This document shows, piece by piece, positions 63,099 through 64,000 of a stretch of 64,000 nt of DNA (within the stretch, counting starts at the first letter, position 1; each line of letters starts with the position of its first letter). The notes under the pieces are model-generated. The model was given only the letters and a program-made list of their open reading frames with translations, was not told the origin of the DNA and searched no databases. A program made the position numbers and the translations under genes. The DNA is taken from the NCBI RefSeq assembly GCF_036389035.1, contig NZ_DASVQQ010000027.1. One strand, given 5' to 3'. Origin of the DNA: Jatrophihabitans sp. Lineage in GTDB: Bacteria; Actinomycetota; Actinomycetes; Mycobacteriales; Jatrophihabitantaceae.

Positions 63099-64000
63099 GT
63101 GACTCGCCGCTCGGAATCTGGACACGCCGCCTCAGCCTCGACTGCCAGCGCCAAGGCTTCTGCACGTAAGCCCACTCGAAAGGCGGCAGTGAAAGCCACC
63201 AAAACGTCTGCCCTTCCTACAGCCAAACAGAAGGCCGTGGGAGCTTCCTCAGCTAAACCCGCTGCTAAGGCGGCGTCGGCGATGAGGTCAACAGTCAAGC
63301 AAGCTCCTACCAAGAAGGCGGCTACAGCGGATAAGTCGACCGCCGCGAAGTCGACCGCTGCGAAGTCGACCGCTGCGAAGTCGACCGCCGCAAGTAAGAC
63401 GGCGGCAAGTAAGACCACCGCGCCGCGTTCGGTCGGGAAGGGGGTCGTCCGCGGAAGGCACTCAAGAGTCGCGATCTCTGGGCGTTACGTCAGCGAATCT
63501 CGGGCCCGGGTGGCAACTACCCCTGGACCTCGCGCCAGTCGTGCGGCCGTAGAAAGCCGTACTGATGAGTCGGTTCTTCAGCGGCGGCAGACGGGAAATG
63601 GAGCTGGCGCCGCCCTCACTGTCTCCAAGGACATCCTCACCTTCCATGCCAGCGAGAAGGGAACGCTGGAGGCAGCCCGCCGGTTTTTGGGCTTGCTTTC
63701 CGAGGCCCGCGGACCTGACCGGGTCGCGTTGGAGGATGCGGTTTTTAGGGTAGTCGATGTCAGTGACGACGGTCTTGACGAATCGTTGTGGGGTCCTACG
63801 CCAACACCTCAGCAGGGCGCGGCGGCGGCATTGGAGACGGTCGCCACGCGTTTTGCCGAACGGAACCGACTCGCGGATCATTCATGGTCACGAGAGCAAG
63901 CGGCCGACATCCTTGGCGTCACGCCGCAATCAATAACTCTGTGGTTGGACAAGGGCGATCTAGTGGGGTTTAAGAGCCACGGCAGTTGGCGCATCCCCCT
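63099..64000 (+). CDS. Histone-like Lys/Ala/Ser repeat N-terminus fused to an excisionase/MerR-type HTH (3'-truncated; absent from ORF track)
   Basis: Manual translation: stop at 63078, then open from GTG 63099 (alternative GTG 63189) to the window end. KSTAA x4; WSREQAADILGVTPQSITLWLDKGDLVGFKSHGSWRIP. Confidence 0.8.
   Translation, partial: MTRRSESGHAASASTASAKASARKPTRKAAVKATKTSALPTAKQKAVGASSAKPAAKAASAMRSTVKQAPTKKAATADKSTAAKSTAAKSTAAKSTAASKTAASKTTAPRSVGKGVVRGRHSRVAISGRYVSESRARVATTPGPRASRAAVESRTDESVLQRRQTGNGAGAALTVSKDILTFHASEKGTLEAARRFLGLLSEARGPDRVALEDAVFRVVDVSDDGLDESLWGPTPTPQQGAAAALETVATRFAERNRLADHSWSREQAADILGVTPQSITLWLDKGDLVGFKSHGSWRIP
63333..63422 (+). repeat. 15-bp repeats encoding KSTAA x4 then SKTAA, SKTTA
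   Basis: AAGTCGACCGC(C/T)GC(G/A) at 63333, 63348, 63363 and 63378. Confidence 0.92.

Noticed and set aside
63032-63418. Minus-strand 128-aa ORF with VDFAA repeats
   Set aside because: It is the antisense shadow of the KSTAA repeats; the plus-strand frame is longer and carries an HTH.

Overview
High-GC actinomycete chromosome segment. From recall, the backbone follows the gene order of the mycobacterial Rv1461-Rv1486c region: suf operon, ABC-F, small HTH, enoyl-CoA hydratase, aconitase, RipA-like NlpC/P60, moxR-DUF58-VWA, fabG-inhA-hemH. It continues with mscR and its MBL-fold partner, citrate synthase, an M4 peptidase, an alpha-amylase, a stand-alone 5'-3' exonuclease, a form II cox-like molybdoenzyme cluster and a Zur-like regulator. 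Accessory inserts include an AT-rich gene for a membrane protein with a degenerate channel pore, a Phd/RelE toxin-antitoxin pair, an orphan HicB-like gene, a HipA-like kinase/DUF3037 pair, and a leaderless two-gene module (unknown 286-aa protein plus toxin-like GNAT). At the right edge an ORF missed by the ORF track fuses a histone-like N-terminus to an excisionase-type HTH, behind a 9-bp-period repeat array. A family of MIRU-like intergenic repeats encodes start/stop-coupled mini-ORFs that bridge adjacent genes. No rRNA, tRNA, CRISPR array, transposase or integrase was recognised. Family assignments come from motif recognition and recall; no searches were run.
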